33,626 nt of DNA from a virus (lineage: Duplodnaviria > Caudoviricetes): positions 1 through 33,626 of the IMG/VR virus record IMGVR_UViG_3300025381_000060, one strand, 5' to 3'. The notes beneath the pieces were generated by a model. It was given only the letters and a program-made list of their open reading frames with translations. It was not told the DNA's origin and ran no database searches. Position numbers and translations under genes: made by a program. This document shows positions 1 through 6,126 of the stretch, in pieces (within the stretch, counting starts at the first letter, position 1; each line of letters starts with the position of its first letter).

Positions 1-141
1 CCCCTCTACGACTTCACCGTCCTCTAAGAAATTCATCAATTCATCGTATGCGTTCATAGGTTCTTTTTCTGGCGGTACAAAGTCATGCCCAAAGACTGGC
101 TCACCCTCACCCTTTACTTCTGCCATTCCAAATTTATTCAT
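1..141 (-). CDS. hypothetical protein, partial (runs off window edge)
   Basis: Read manually: MNKFGMAEVKGEGEPVFGHDF...; the ATG at 141 overlaps the stop of the upstream gene (ATGAATAA); open to position 1. Confidence 0.6.
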   Translation of the reverse strand, partial: MNKFGMAEVKGEGEPVFGHDFVPPEKEPMNAYDELMNFLEDGEVVEG

Positions 142-319
142 GCTTCTTCCCCTTTTTCTTATTCTTCTTATTCGGACCATTGAACACATACGCTCCCAAA
201 CCACCAAGCAATACTGCCTTCAATCGCTCTCGATCTTCTTCGGGATAATCAAGCGCAATGTTCTCAATGATCTCCCAAATTTCTTTTGATAATTCACTCG
301 CAGTTATTATTGTGCTCAT
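134..319 (-). CDS. hypothetical phage protein
   Basis: 61-aa ORF translationally coupled to both neighbours; basic C-terminus. Confidence 0.65.
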   Translation of the reverse strand: MSTIITASELSKEIWEIIENIALDYPEEDRERLKAVLLGGLGAYVFNGPNKKNKKKGKKHE

Positions 320-531
320 TCTTGTCCCCTTTTCCTTATTGTTTCAGCAATAGTTTTTGATGGGTGAGGATAAGCAAACACCCATTCGTCTGCAATATTT
401 GCACATTCCTCACGTTCTTTTTTTACAGCCAAATTTGCAAAATAAGCCAGACAATATATAAATTCTTCATTTGTTTTATAAAGATAAAGTCCTGACAATT
501 CAGCCATTTCTTCTATTTCATCTTTAGTCAT
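316..531 (-). CDS. hypothetical phage protein (EREECA-type motif)
   Basis: MTKDEIEEMA...FANL..KKEREECANIAD...IAETIRKRG, a pattern common in small proteobacterial phage proteins; overlaps neighbours. Confidence 0.7.
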   Translation of the reverse strand: MTKDEIEEMAELSGLYLYKTNEEFIYCLAYFANLAVKKEREECANIADEWVFAYPHPSKTIAETIRKRGQE

Positions 532-637
532 TGTTCATCGCCTTATAAACAAATAAAAGAAGAGTTACGACCATCAAAGCGCAAATAATGGATGGTATAA
601 GTGCCATCACCAATATGGTTGCAGTTAATAAAGTCAT
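524..637 (-). CDS. small membrane peptide (37 aa)
   Basis: Not in the ORF track; MTLLTATILVMALIPSIICALMVVTLLLFVYKAMNND; ATGA overlap with the upstream stop and fills the gap exactly. Confidence 0.6.
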   Translation of the reverse strand: MTLLTATILVMALIPSIICALMVVTLLLFVYKAMNND

Positions 638-1077
638 TCGTCGTAACCATCTTCTTCTGGAACACTGATGTCTAGCTCTCTTGGCTTTACACCGTGTTCG
701 TTTTCAATATCCCTTGCAAACTGTCTCCAATCCATGGAACGGCGGTATAAAGCCACAATACGCTCTTCTGGCAAAGGTTCTCTTTGTAACTTGACGATCT
801 GCTCGTTGGCGGCTCTCAATTCTTCGTCATATGTTCCCAGTATGTCCCTGAGAGCATCTAACTCAGCCTGCAAGTTCACAACCTGATTATCCGCAACCTG
901 TTCAGGTTCCTTAGACTCCCTTGGGGTGTACTCATCCTCTGCCAGCTTAATTGCGTCTTTTAATGCGGCAACAATGCCATACCTCAAAAGAAACTCTTGT
1001 CCCTCTTCATCTGTAGAGACGATAACGTCAGCGGTTCCGTCTCCGTTTTCTGTGTGCTGTTTGACTTCAATCTTCAT
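634..1077 (-). CDS. hypothetical phage protein with central coiled coil
   Basis: 147 aa, AGGAG RBS, heptad region LQAELDALRDIL..LRAANEQIVKL, C-terminal PLPEERI...FARDIENEHGV motif. Confidence 0.8.
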   Translation of the reverse strand: MKIEVKQHTENGDGTADVIVSTDEEGQEFLLRYGIVAALKDAIKLAEDEYTPRESKEPEQVADNQVVNLQAELDALRDILGTYDEELRAANEQIVKLQREPLPEERIVALYRRSMDWRQFARDIENEHGVKPRELDISVPEEDGYDE

Positions 1078-1115
1078 GGCGTTAACTCCTTGTTAAAACT
1101 ACATTAAACCACACA

Positions 1116-1130
1116 TTAACTTATAAATAA
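1116..1130. promoter_or_regulatory. putative operator (degenerate TTAACTT-N-AAGTTAA)
   Basis: TTAACTTATAAATAA in the AT-rich intergenic region upstream of 634..1077; 3 mismatches to the perfect site at 1701. Confidence 0.45.
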
Positions 1131-1137
1131 TGACAGT

Positions 1138-1314
1138 TTATTGTTCAAGAAGTTTTTGCAATTCTTCAAGCAACAACTGAGCTTGGTCTCTTTTTAAAAT
1201 GCAACGAGCACTACCCATACGCACTTGAATGGATAACCAAATGTCTTCGTCAAACTCACTGACAAAAATTCTTGAATCTTCTAAACCTTTGATAACAACT
1301 TCTTCTTTTTCCAT
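1138..1314 (-). CDS. hypothetical protein (58 aa)
   Basis: Not in the ORF track; MEKEEVVIKGLEDSRIFVSEFDEDIWLSIQVRMGSARCILKRDQAQLLLEELQKLLEQ, with AAGGA RBS. Confidence 0.7.
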   Translation of the reverse strand: MEKEEVVIKGLEDSRIFVSEFDEDIWLSIQVRMGSARCILKRDQAQLLLEELQKLLEQ

Positions 1315-1327
1315 GATGGTTCCTTTA

Positions 1328-1341
1328 GCCCCCGAAGGGGC
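1328..1341 (-). other. intergenic UUCG-tetraloop hairpin (mRNA stabiliser, processing site or weak terminator)
   Basis: GCCCC-TTCG-GGGGC on the minus strand between two genes; followed by an RBS rather than a U-tract. Confidence 0.55.
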
Positions 1342-1347
1342 AGTTAG

Positions 1348-1653
1348 TTAAGCTTTGGCAGATACTGTGATGATAGATGTAGTAGATGTGTGCTTGGCAA
1401 TGATGTCAGCAGGAATCTCGACTTCTTCTGCGACCTTCTTCCATGCCACTGTGTTGCGTTGTGAAAGGCTCACAACTGCTGTGTACTGATTGCCTTGGTG
1501 CTTACCCTCACCATACTTGTTAGCAATGGCGTCCTTGCGAGCTTTGAGTTGAGCCTCAAGTTCTTTGATTTGCTTATCTAACAAAACCATCTGGTCGATG
1601 TCATTGTTGATGTCTGCGAAGAGGAGAGATTCGAGTGATGTAAAAGCGTTCAT
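1348..1653 (-). CDS. hypothetical phage protein
   Basis: 101 aa, AAGGA RBS, N-terminal coiled coil then a beta segment; has its own strong promoter. Confidence 0.8.
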   Translation of the reverse strand: MNAFTSLESLLFADINNDIDQMVLLDKQIKELEAQLKARKDAIANKYGEGKHQGNQYTAVVSLSQRNTVAWKKVAEEVEIPADIIAKHTSTTSIITVSAKA

Positions 1654-1695
1654 TTTTAAATCCTTTAAAGTTAACCCACATCTAGTGTGGTGACG

Positions 1696-2001
1696 CTATC
1701 TTAACTTAAAGTTAATGTCCCTGTCAATCATGGGGTTATTCAATAATTCAATAACTCTTTTAATTGTTGTATTTAACGCATCATCCATGTCCATCTTTTT
1801 AATCTTCCACATCCTCTTCTCCCCATGCCAGCCAAGCATAGGCCCTTGATGGCAGTCCCAACAGAGGGCCACAACTGTGTATTGGTTGCCTTGCTTGACA
1901 TGGTGGGCAGAGCTTGGGCCTTGAGCATCACATACTGAGCAAGGTAAAAGCTTTACCAGCCCCACGTAAGCCCTCTCTTTGGCCGTCAGAGTGTTGTTCA
2001 T
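1696..2001 (-). CDS. Ref-like / DUF968-type HNH-fold nuclease
   Basis: LPCSVC...AHH...VALCWDCHQG...WHG zinc-ligand pattern typical of Ref (recombination enhancement) and DUF968 proteins. Confidence 0.7.
   Translation of the reverse strand: MNNTLTAKERAYVGLVKLLPCSVCDAQGPSSAHHVKQGNQYTVVALCWDCHQGPMLGWHGEKRMWKIKKMDMDDALNTTIKRVIELLNNPMIDRDINFKLR
1698..1727 (-). promoter_or_regulatory. sigma70-type promoter with a perfect palindromic operator (1701-1715)
   Basis: TTGACA(1727-1722)-N18-TAAGAT(1703-1698); TTAACTT-A-AAGTTAA covers the spacer and part of the -10. Confidence 0.75.
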
Positions 2002-2333
2002 ACCGTTGCTCTATCCATGGCTCTGTCATTGGCTGATTGAGTTCTCCATACCTCTACTCTAGCTTCTGCCGCGATTAACTGCCATCTGAGTGTCTCTTCA
2101 ATCTCCATAGCGTGTTTAATTGACATCAGGTGGTCAATATACTTAGGATTGCTTAGAGCTTCCCTTTCCTGAGCATTAACTGCTTCAAAGCCATTAGAGA
2201 GAGCTTCTTTACATAGTATTGACTTCAAGCTTTCCCTGTACTTCTCCAAGTAAAACCGATCTGCCTTGGCCTGCGCGTACTTGACCGCGTTTTCATACAT
2301 AAAGTCAATTGCGGCATTTGGATCTATTTTCAT
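1998..2333 (-). CDS. conserved-looking helical phage protein
   Basis: 111 aa, predicted all-helical; ATGA overlaps at both ends. A UvsY-like helical bundle is possible but unverified. Confidence 0.75.
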   Translation of the reverse strand: MKIDPNAAIDFMYENAVKYAQAKADRFYLEKYRESLKSILCKEALSNGFEAVNAQEREALSNPKYIDHLMSIKHAMEIEETLRWQLIAAEARVEVWRTQSANDRAMDRATV

Positions 2334-2728
2334 ACCGCCTCCACTCTACCGTCACGATAGAACAAATGATTTCCCCTACGGCTTGGGAAGTTAAAATTGT
2401 CGTCAGCATTTGGCCTGACCGATGGGGTTTTAACTGGCTTGTAAGGTTCAAACTTCTCCCTCTCCCTCCTTACCCTTGGGACGTGCACAACATACCGCCC
2501 CATGGTCTCTAATCTTGATTGACCGTTAGGCGTTAAAAAGTAAATCTCATCTGCTGGTTTGATCATGTTGTCCCCCACCAAAGGTTCTATGATCCTTTTA
2601 AAAAACAACTTTGTCGAATCTTTAAAGTTGATTGCTTTCCTCAATGTAAAAGCATCTAAACCACCCATCTCAAGCTTTGTTAAGGCTTGGTGAATCTTGG
2701 AACCTGCTGTGTACTTACTCTTGACCAT
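2330..2728 (-). CDS. hypothetical protein, possible winged-helix DNA-binding
   Basis: Start placed at MVKSKY (AAGGGG RBS); helix-helix-helix followed by a wing-like YFLTPNG segment. Confidence 0.6.
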   Translation of the reverse strand: MVKSKYTAGSKIHQALTKLEMGGLDAFTLRKAINFKDSTKLFFKRIIEPLVGDNMIKPADEIYFLTPNGQSRLETMGRYVVHVPRVRREREKFEPYKPVKTPSVRPNADDNFNFPSRRGNHLFYRDGRVEAV

Positions 2729-3179
2729 AATTTCCCCTTCTGTGCCATTCTGCAATTAACAATGCCTCTGCCCTACCGTTGTCTTTCTTACGAGCCAAAG
2801 GCGCTCCATAAAACAATTCTCGTGCCATCTCTAAACTTAAATCTTTGTCAGAACCCAATTTAAGCGATTTTTTCCAAAGTTGAGGGCTGACCATTACCAC
2901 CTCACTTTTAAAGCGTCTAGCGAGCGATAAAGCCCCTCCAAAGGCCATTCCAAACTTGAAGGTAGAACTGACTCCTTGTTTTGGCATGGAATGTACTTTT
3001 TCCACAACAATTACAATGTCGTAACCATTTCGAGCTTGTTTCATCTCAGACCAGATCTTTTCTGTGTCAAGGACGCCATCGTCTTCGTGGTGCATATCTC
3101 CACAGGCATGGTAATTGGCATGGTGATCAATCATTCCCCATGCGCCAGAGAGACCGGGATCAATTCCGCAAATCAGCAT
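2715..3179 (-). CDS. ruvC: RuvC-like Holliday junction resolvase
   Basis: GIDPGLSGA, VVEKV, QGVSSTFKFG, PQLWKK and DNGRAEALLIA match the RNase H-fold resolvase catalytic motifs. Confidence 0.85.
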   Translation of the reverse strand: MLICGIDPGLSGAWGMIDHHANYHACGDMHHEDDGVLDTEKIWSEMKQARNGYDIVIVVEKVHSMPKQGVSSTFKFGMAFGGALSLARRFKSEVVMVSPQLWKKSLKLGSDKDLSLEMARELFYGAPLARKKDNGRAEALLIAEWHRRGNYGQE

Positions 3180-3381
3180 CCTTGATCTCCTTTATTCTCT
3201 GCGCTACGAGTTTGCCAAGCCCGATCCATAAGCCAGTCTCGTCTGCCTCCAGCTCCCTGACTCTCGCTCTCGCATAGTCGATCCATCCTTTCGTCAAAGC
3301 CATCGTCGCATAATGGTGAACACAGGTCTCCAGTGAGAAAGAGCGCCAAGTTAATTTCTCGAATGGTTGTTGGTCTTCCAT
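3160..3381 (-). CDS. hypothetical protein (start uncertain; overlaps 3173..3424)
   Basis: The C-terminal two-thirds (HYATMALTKGWIDYARARVRELEAD...) reads as an amphipathic helical protein. Confidence 0.45.
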   Translation of the reverse strand: MEDQQPFEKLTWRSFSLETCVHHYATMALTKGWIDYARARVRELEADETGLWIGLGKLVAQRIKEIKDADLRN

Positions 3382-3424
3382 ACTTCACCGCTTCTAAAAG
3401 TTCTTGTGCTTCGTAGTAGTTCAA
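3173..3424 (-). CDS. hypothetical protein
   Basis: TTG start overlapping the upstream stop; N-terminus NYYEAQELLEAVKYG...INLALFLTGDL is protein-like. Confidence 0.55.
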   Translation of the reverse strand: MNYYEAQELLEAVKYGRPTTIREINLALFLTGDLCSPLCDDGFDERMDRLCESESQGAGGRRDWLMDRAWQTRSAENKGDQGC

Positions 3425-3642
3425 AATTCATCCTTTGGCTCGTAAAAGTTCGCAATACCATGCTCGCTTTTACCAATGTTTCTGGCAGAAATTCGAGCAG
3501 TAATTGCCCCCCAATGTTCAGGTTCAGCCCAAGCATGGGCAGAGCATAGAGGCTTACCCATGTTCACACTCCATCTGTTTGGGCAACCGTGAGCGGAACA
3601 CATCAACTTTGATTCATCAAATTGTTGTGGTTTATCTAACAT
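3421..3642 (-). CDS. small putative zinc-binding protein
   Basis: CSAHGC...LCSAH Cys/His pattern; directly follows the loader gene. Confidence 0.7.
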   Translation of the reverse strand: MLDKPQQFDESKLMCSAHGCPNRWSVNMGKPLCSAHAWAEPEHWGAITARISARNIGKSEHGIANFYEPKDEF

Positions 3643-4038
3643 TTAAAATTTTCCTTTGAAAGTGTTTCTTAATTCTTTGAGCTTTTTCAATCCCTCTTCC
3701 TTGACACGAGCTAGCTCATTGGGGTCAACAGGTGTTGGATTGTGTTCGATCTGAACAACTCCCCTCAGTGGGATAGATGGGCCAGAGTTGCACAGTTCTC
3801 TGAATTTGATGGCTGACGGAATAAACTCAGAATTTAAATGTTCAATAGCAAAATCCATGGATGGCTTGTAAGTGAGGAAGCCACCAATCTGCTCTTTCCA
3901 AACTTCACGAACGATTGATGAGTCAACACCGTCGAAATGTCTCATAAATGAAGCACCGTAGATTGCACCCATCTTGGTGAAAATGTAGTCAAGACCATCG
4001 TCTAGTGAGCAAAAGTTATCATCCAAGTAATTTGACAT
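3643..4038 (-). CDS. replication protein P-like helicase loader
   Basis: Lies immediately after the initiator; IFTKMGAIYGASF...W...PSAIKFRELC resembles lambdoid P-type loaders. Confidence 0.6.
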   Translation of the reverse strand: MSNYLDDNFCSLDDGLDYIFTKMGAIYGASFMRHFDGVDSSIVREVWKEQIGGFLTYKPSMDFAIEHLNSEFIPSAIKFRELCNSGPSIPLRGVVQIEHNPTPVDPNELARVKEEGLKKLKELRNTFKGKF

Positions 4039-4774
4039 TTCCATCTCCCTTAATCAATCCACGAGTCAATCCAGCCATTACACGCTGATTCATCTGACCT
4101 TGTTTAGTCAAACCAGCGTTCTGTTCCTGCATCTGCTTCTCGTACCAAGCAGTCTTGAATGCCGCCCAATTGCTTAGGCAACAGTACTCAATACCTTGTT
4201 GGTCAGAAAGATTGGACTTGCGGAACTCAGCTTGTATTTGTCCCCAAGCAGTTTCGGTCAAAGGTAGACCTTTGGTTTTTCTGATGACCAACCAATCATT
4301 CCAAACTTGTTCAGTGACTGTGGGCGGACAGGCAACGACAGTTGCCTTCTCTCTCTTTGGTTTATGGTTATTGGTTATTGGTTCTTGGTTTATGGTTAAT
4401 GGTTTATGGTTAGGTGGAGGTTCGTCCACGGTTCGTGCACCATTCGTTATCTTTTCTTTACGCTTCGCCTCTCTTTCTATAGCGATTCGTTTGTTTGTCT
4501 CAGCATTGGCATGGTAATTATTCAGCTCTTCAACAATACGTGATTGGACATATCGACCATCTTCAAGCGTAAAAAATTTCTTCAAAACAAACTCAACTGC
4601 CTCAATTTCCTGTTGAGTTGAAGCCCAAGTCCATTCAATGGCTTGATCCATAGTTGGAAAGATTTCACGGTCATAACACGCATCAATAAGAAGCGTGTAC
4701 GCTCCATGTTGAAGCATGGTCAATCGACCTGCTTTTTTGGCGTAATCGCCTAAATTTCGTTTGTAGTAATGCAT
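4019..4774 (-). CDS. phage replication initiator, YdaU/DUF1376 family
   Basis: MHYYKRNLGDYAKKAGRLTMLQHGAYTLLIDACY N-terminus; internal iteron-like repeats; C-terminal W.DWL..RK domain. Confidence 0.85.
   Translation of the reverse strand: MHYYKRNLGDYAKKAGRLTMLQHGAYTLLIDACYDREIFPTMDQAIEWTWASTQQEIEAVEFVLKKFFTLEDGRYVQSRIVEELNNYHANAETNKRIAIEREAKRKEKITNGARTVDEPPPNHKPLTINQEPITNNHKPKREKATVVACPPTVTEQVWNDWLVIRKTKGLPLTETAWGQIQAEFRKSNLSDQQGIEYCCLSNWAAFKTAWYEKQMQEQNAGLTKQGQMNQRVMAGLTRGLIKGDGNVKLLG
4358..4451. repeat. putative replication origin inside the initiator gene
   Basis: Eight tandem heptamers TGGTTNN (4358-4413) next to three 11-bp repeats GGTTCGTCCAC / GGTTCGTGCAC / CATTCGTTATC (4419-4451). 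Confidence 0.7.
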
Positions 4775-4809
4775 AGATTTTTAGACCCAAAACAAGACCC
4801 TGAAAAAAG

Positions 4810-4876
4810 GAAACCTCGGCAGGAGGGGTCTAAACTCTTTTCGGTGGGATAGCTACCCCCCACCTAGCCGTGTTTC
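4810..4876 (-). ncRNA. C4-antisense-like structured RNA
   Basis: Three-way junction: closing stem GAAAC.CGGC.AG / CT.GCCG..GTTTC, hairpin GTGGG..GTAGCT..CCCAC, CGAAAA junction, hairpin GAG-TTTAGACCC-CTC; loop complements lie just downstream. Confidence 0.7.
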
Positions 4877-4881
4877 AACAA

Positions 4882-4911
4882 ATTGTACTACTGAAAGAAG
4901 GCTGGTAACAA
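4882..4911 (-). promoter_or_regulatory. promoter for the C4-like RNA and replication genes
   Basis: TTGTTA(4911-4906)-N18-TACAAT(4887-4882); the predicted start coincides with the RNA's 5' stem. Confidence 0.55.
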
Positions 4912-5088
4912 ATCTTTTCTAGTGACTAACCCTATAGTCGCTTCCTCAATCCTTATTGCCAGTTTGGGAGATGGGTTGCGTTTTCCATGGATTATCAATG
5001 ACAACCATGTGGTACTGATACCCAAATAGTCAGCCATCTCTTTGACCGCTCCTAGCGGCTCTTCTTTAAAGTATTCTTCCAAAGTCAT
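4888..5088 (-). CDS. Cro-like (YdaS/Cro family) HTH regulator
   Basis: 66 aa from MTLEEYF (AAGGA RBS); EMADYLGISTTWLSLIIHGKRNPSPKLAIRIEEATIGLVTRKDLLP is the YdaS/Cro signature. Confidence 0.85.
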   Translation of the reverse strand: MTLEEYFKEEPLGAVKEMADYLGISTTWLSLIIHGKRNPSPKLAIRIEEATIGLVTRKDLLPAFFQ

Positions 5089-5107
5089 TTTTTTTATCCT
5101 TGTGTGC

Positions 5108-5325
5108 TGTTGGTGTCCTGCCTTGAACATTAACGCAGGTTGCCAGTCTCAGGCTTTCGCCACACCAACACGGCTGGAGACTGCACTTAAAGTCGGAACG
5201 CGTCCCACAGCTATGCATCGCTTCAATCCCCATGCGTCTTGGTGTTGGCGTTCACATAAAGCAGTGACGAGGTTGCACAACACTTCTAAGAATTGCCCTC
5301 ACGGCGCTAACCCGCTTCGCCAACA
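5108..5325 (-). ncRNA. structured RNA leader of three interlocking stem-loop units
   Basis: Stems TGTTGGCG/CGCCAACA (5243-5325), CCAAGACG/CGTGTTGG plus TGGGGATTG/CAGTCTCCA (5165-5242), and TGTTGGTGT/ACACCAACA enclosing GGC-GAAA-GCC and CCTGC/GCAGG (5108-5170). GC-richer than its flanks and begins at the predicted transcription start. Confidence 0.65.
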
Positions 5326-5331
5326 GTTGTA

Positions 5332-5360
5332 AATTTACCATAACTTTTAGTTAATAACAA
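5332..5360 (-). promoter_or_regulatory. leftward promoter with operator (5340-5354) in the spacer
   Basis: TTGTTA-N17-TAAATT with extended -10 TG; the spacer carries ATAACTTTTAGTTAA (+ strand). Confidence 0.7.
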
Positions 5361-5379
5361 CCCTTCAGACAAAAAGGGT

Positions 5380-5408
5380 TTAACTTTTTATTAAAACCAT
5401 GATACTAT
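5380..5408 (+). promoter_or_regulatory. rightward promoter with operator (5380-5394) over the -35
   Basis: TTAACT-N17-TACTAT with extended -10 TG; TTAACTTTTTATTAA overlaps the -35. Confidence 0.65.
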
Positions 5409-5442
5409 TTGTTTGCACCACAGGTGTTTTAAGGAGAAAAAA

Positions 5443-5658
5443 TTGGACAATGTTTTTTACACAACTAAGACGGGCATCAAGATTGGTTCCTGTTACACGC
5501 CACCTCTGAGACAGCTAAACGCTGAAGAAGAGCACATACAAGCAGTCCTACTCGGCATTGAGAGCGACTGGTCTCTACGAAGAATGTTCTGGTTTGCAGT
5601 TTACTGCTCATCAGTCATGACGTTTGTTTCAATACTGATGTCATGGGTGAGATCATGA
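5443..5658 (+). CDS. hypothetical early protein with C-terminal TM segment
   Basis: TTG start after AAGGAG; YTTKTGIKIGSCY motif; hydrophobic tail. Confidence 0.7.
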   Translation: MDNVFYTTKTGIKIGSCYTPPLRQLNAEEEHIQAVLLGIESDWSLRRMFWFAVYCSSVMTFVSILMSWVRS

Positions 5659-5750
5659 ACGAACATAAATTTTTTGAACTTTTTTCGCGTGTGATCTTTT
5701 TGATTGCACTTGTAGTAATTTTCTTTGATTTAACTTTTTGGAGACCATGA
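5655..5750 (+). CDS. small membrane peptide (31 aa)
   Basis: Not in the ORF track; MNEHKFFELFSRVIFLIALVVIFFDLTFWRP with ATGA overlaps at both ends. Confidence 0.65.
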   Translation: MNEHKFFELFSRVIFLIALVVIFFDLTFWRP

Positions 5751-5965
5751 TGGACAAAAAAACACAAGATGACAACATTAAAAATTTAGATTTAAACGCA
5801 AAAATAAATCGTTTTTTATTGTTGGACAACATAACAAAAATCAGTCATTTAACAGATAAATCAGAAGGTGATTTGTTAAATACAAAGAATCTTGGGAAAG
5901 TATTTGTTCAGCAAATCAAAACTGCATTAAATCAACGTGGATTGAAATTAAGGGGACAGCAATGA
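5747..5965 (+). CDS. stand-alone RNA polymerase alpha-subunit C-terminal domain-like protein
   Basis: Aligns without gaps to RpoA CTD: NLDL......L....I..I..L....E.DLL.T.NLGK.....IK..L..RGL.L. Confidence 0.8.
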   Translation: MMDKKTQDDNIKNLDLNAKINRFLLLDNITKISHLTDKSEGDLLNTKNLGKVFVQQIKTALNQRGLKLRGQQ

Positions 5966-6126
5966 GTAACAGAACCTTTTACGAAGCATTTGAAGACATT
6001 TTTAACGAGCAAGACGAAATCGAAGAAGACCTATGGGAAATTGAACAAAGAGCAAAAAACTTACCACCAAAAGACCTTGAACTAGTAATTAAATTTTTAA
6101 CAGAACTTCAGAAAGAAATATCATGA
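5962..6126 (+). CDS. small acidic protein (54 aa)
   Basis: Not in the ORF track; MSNRTFYEAFEDIFNEQDEIEEDLWEIEQRAKNLPPKDLELVIKFLTELQKEIS; ATGA overlaps at both ends. Confidence 0.7.
   Translation: MSNRTFYEAFEDIFNEQDEIEEDLWEIEQRAKNLPPKDLELVIKFLTELQKEIS

Noticed and set aside
5108-5170. SAM-I riboswitch (GAGACUGGC/GCAACC) or hammerhead ribozyme (CUGA, GAAA)
   Set aside because: The SAM-I P1 AUC/GAU and P2 architecture are absent; hammerhead core elements are incomplete and in the wrong order.
5108-5325. tRNA genes or a CRISPR mini-array
   Set aside because: No T-loop (GTTCRA) or D/anticodon arm geometry; the recurring TGTTGG/CCAACA elements are short and inverted, not direct repeats with spacers.
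5042-5332. 96-aa + strand ORF, and the extension of cro to 5130
   Set aside because: No RBS, runs antisense to cro and the structured leader; cro has a good RBS for the ATG at 5088.
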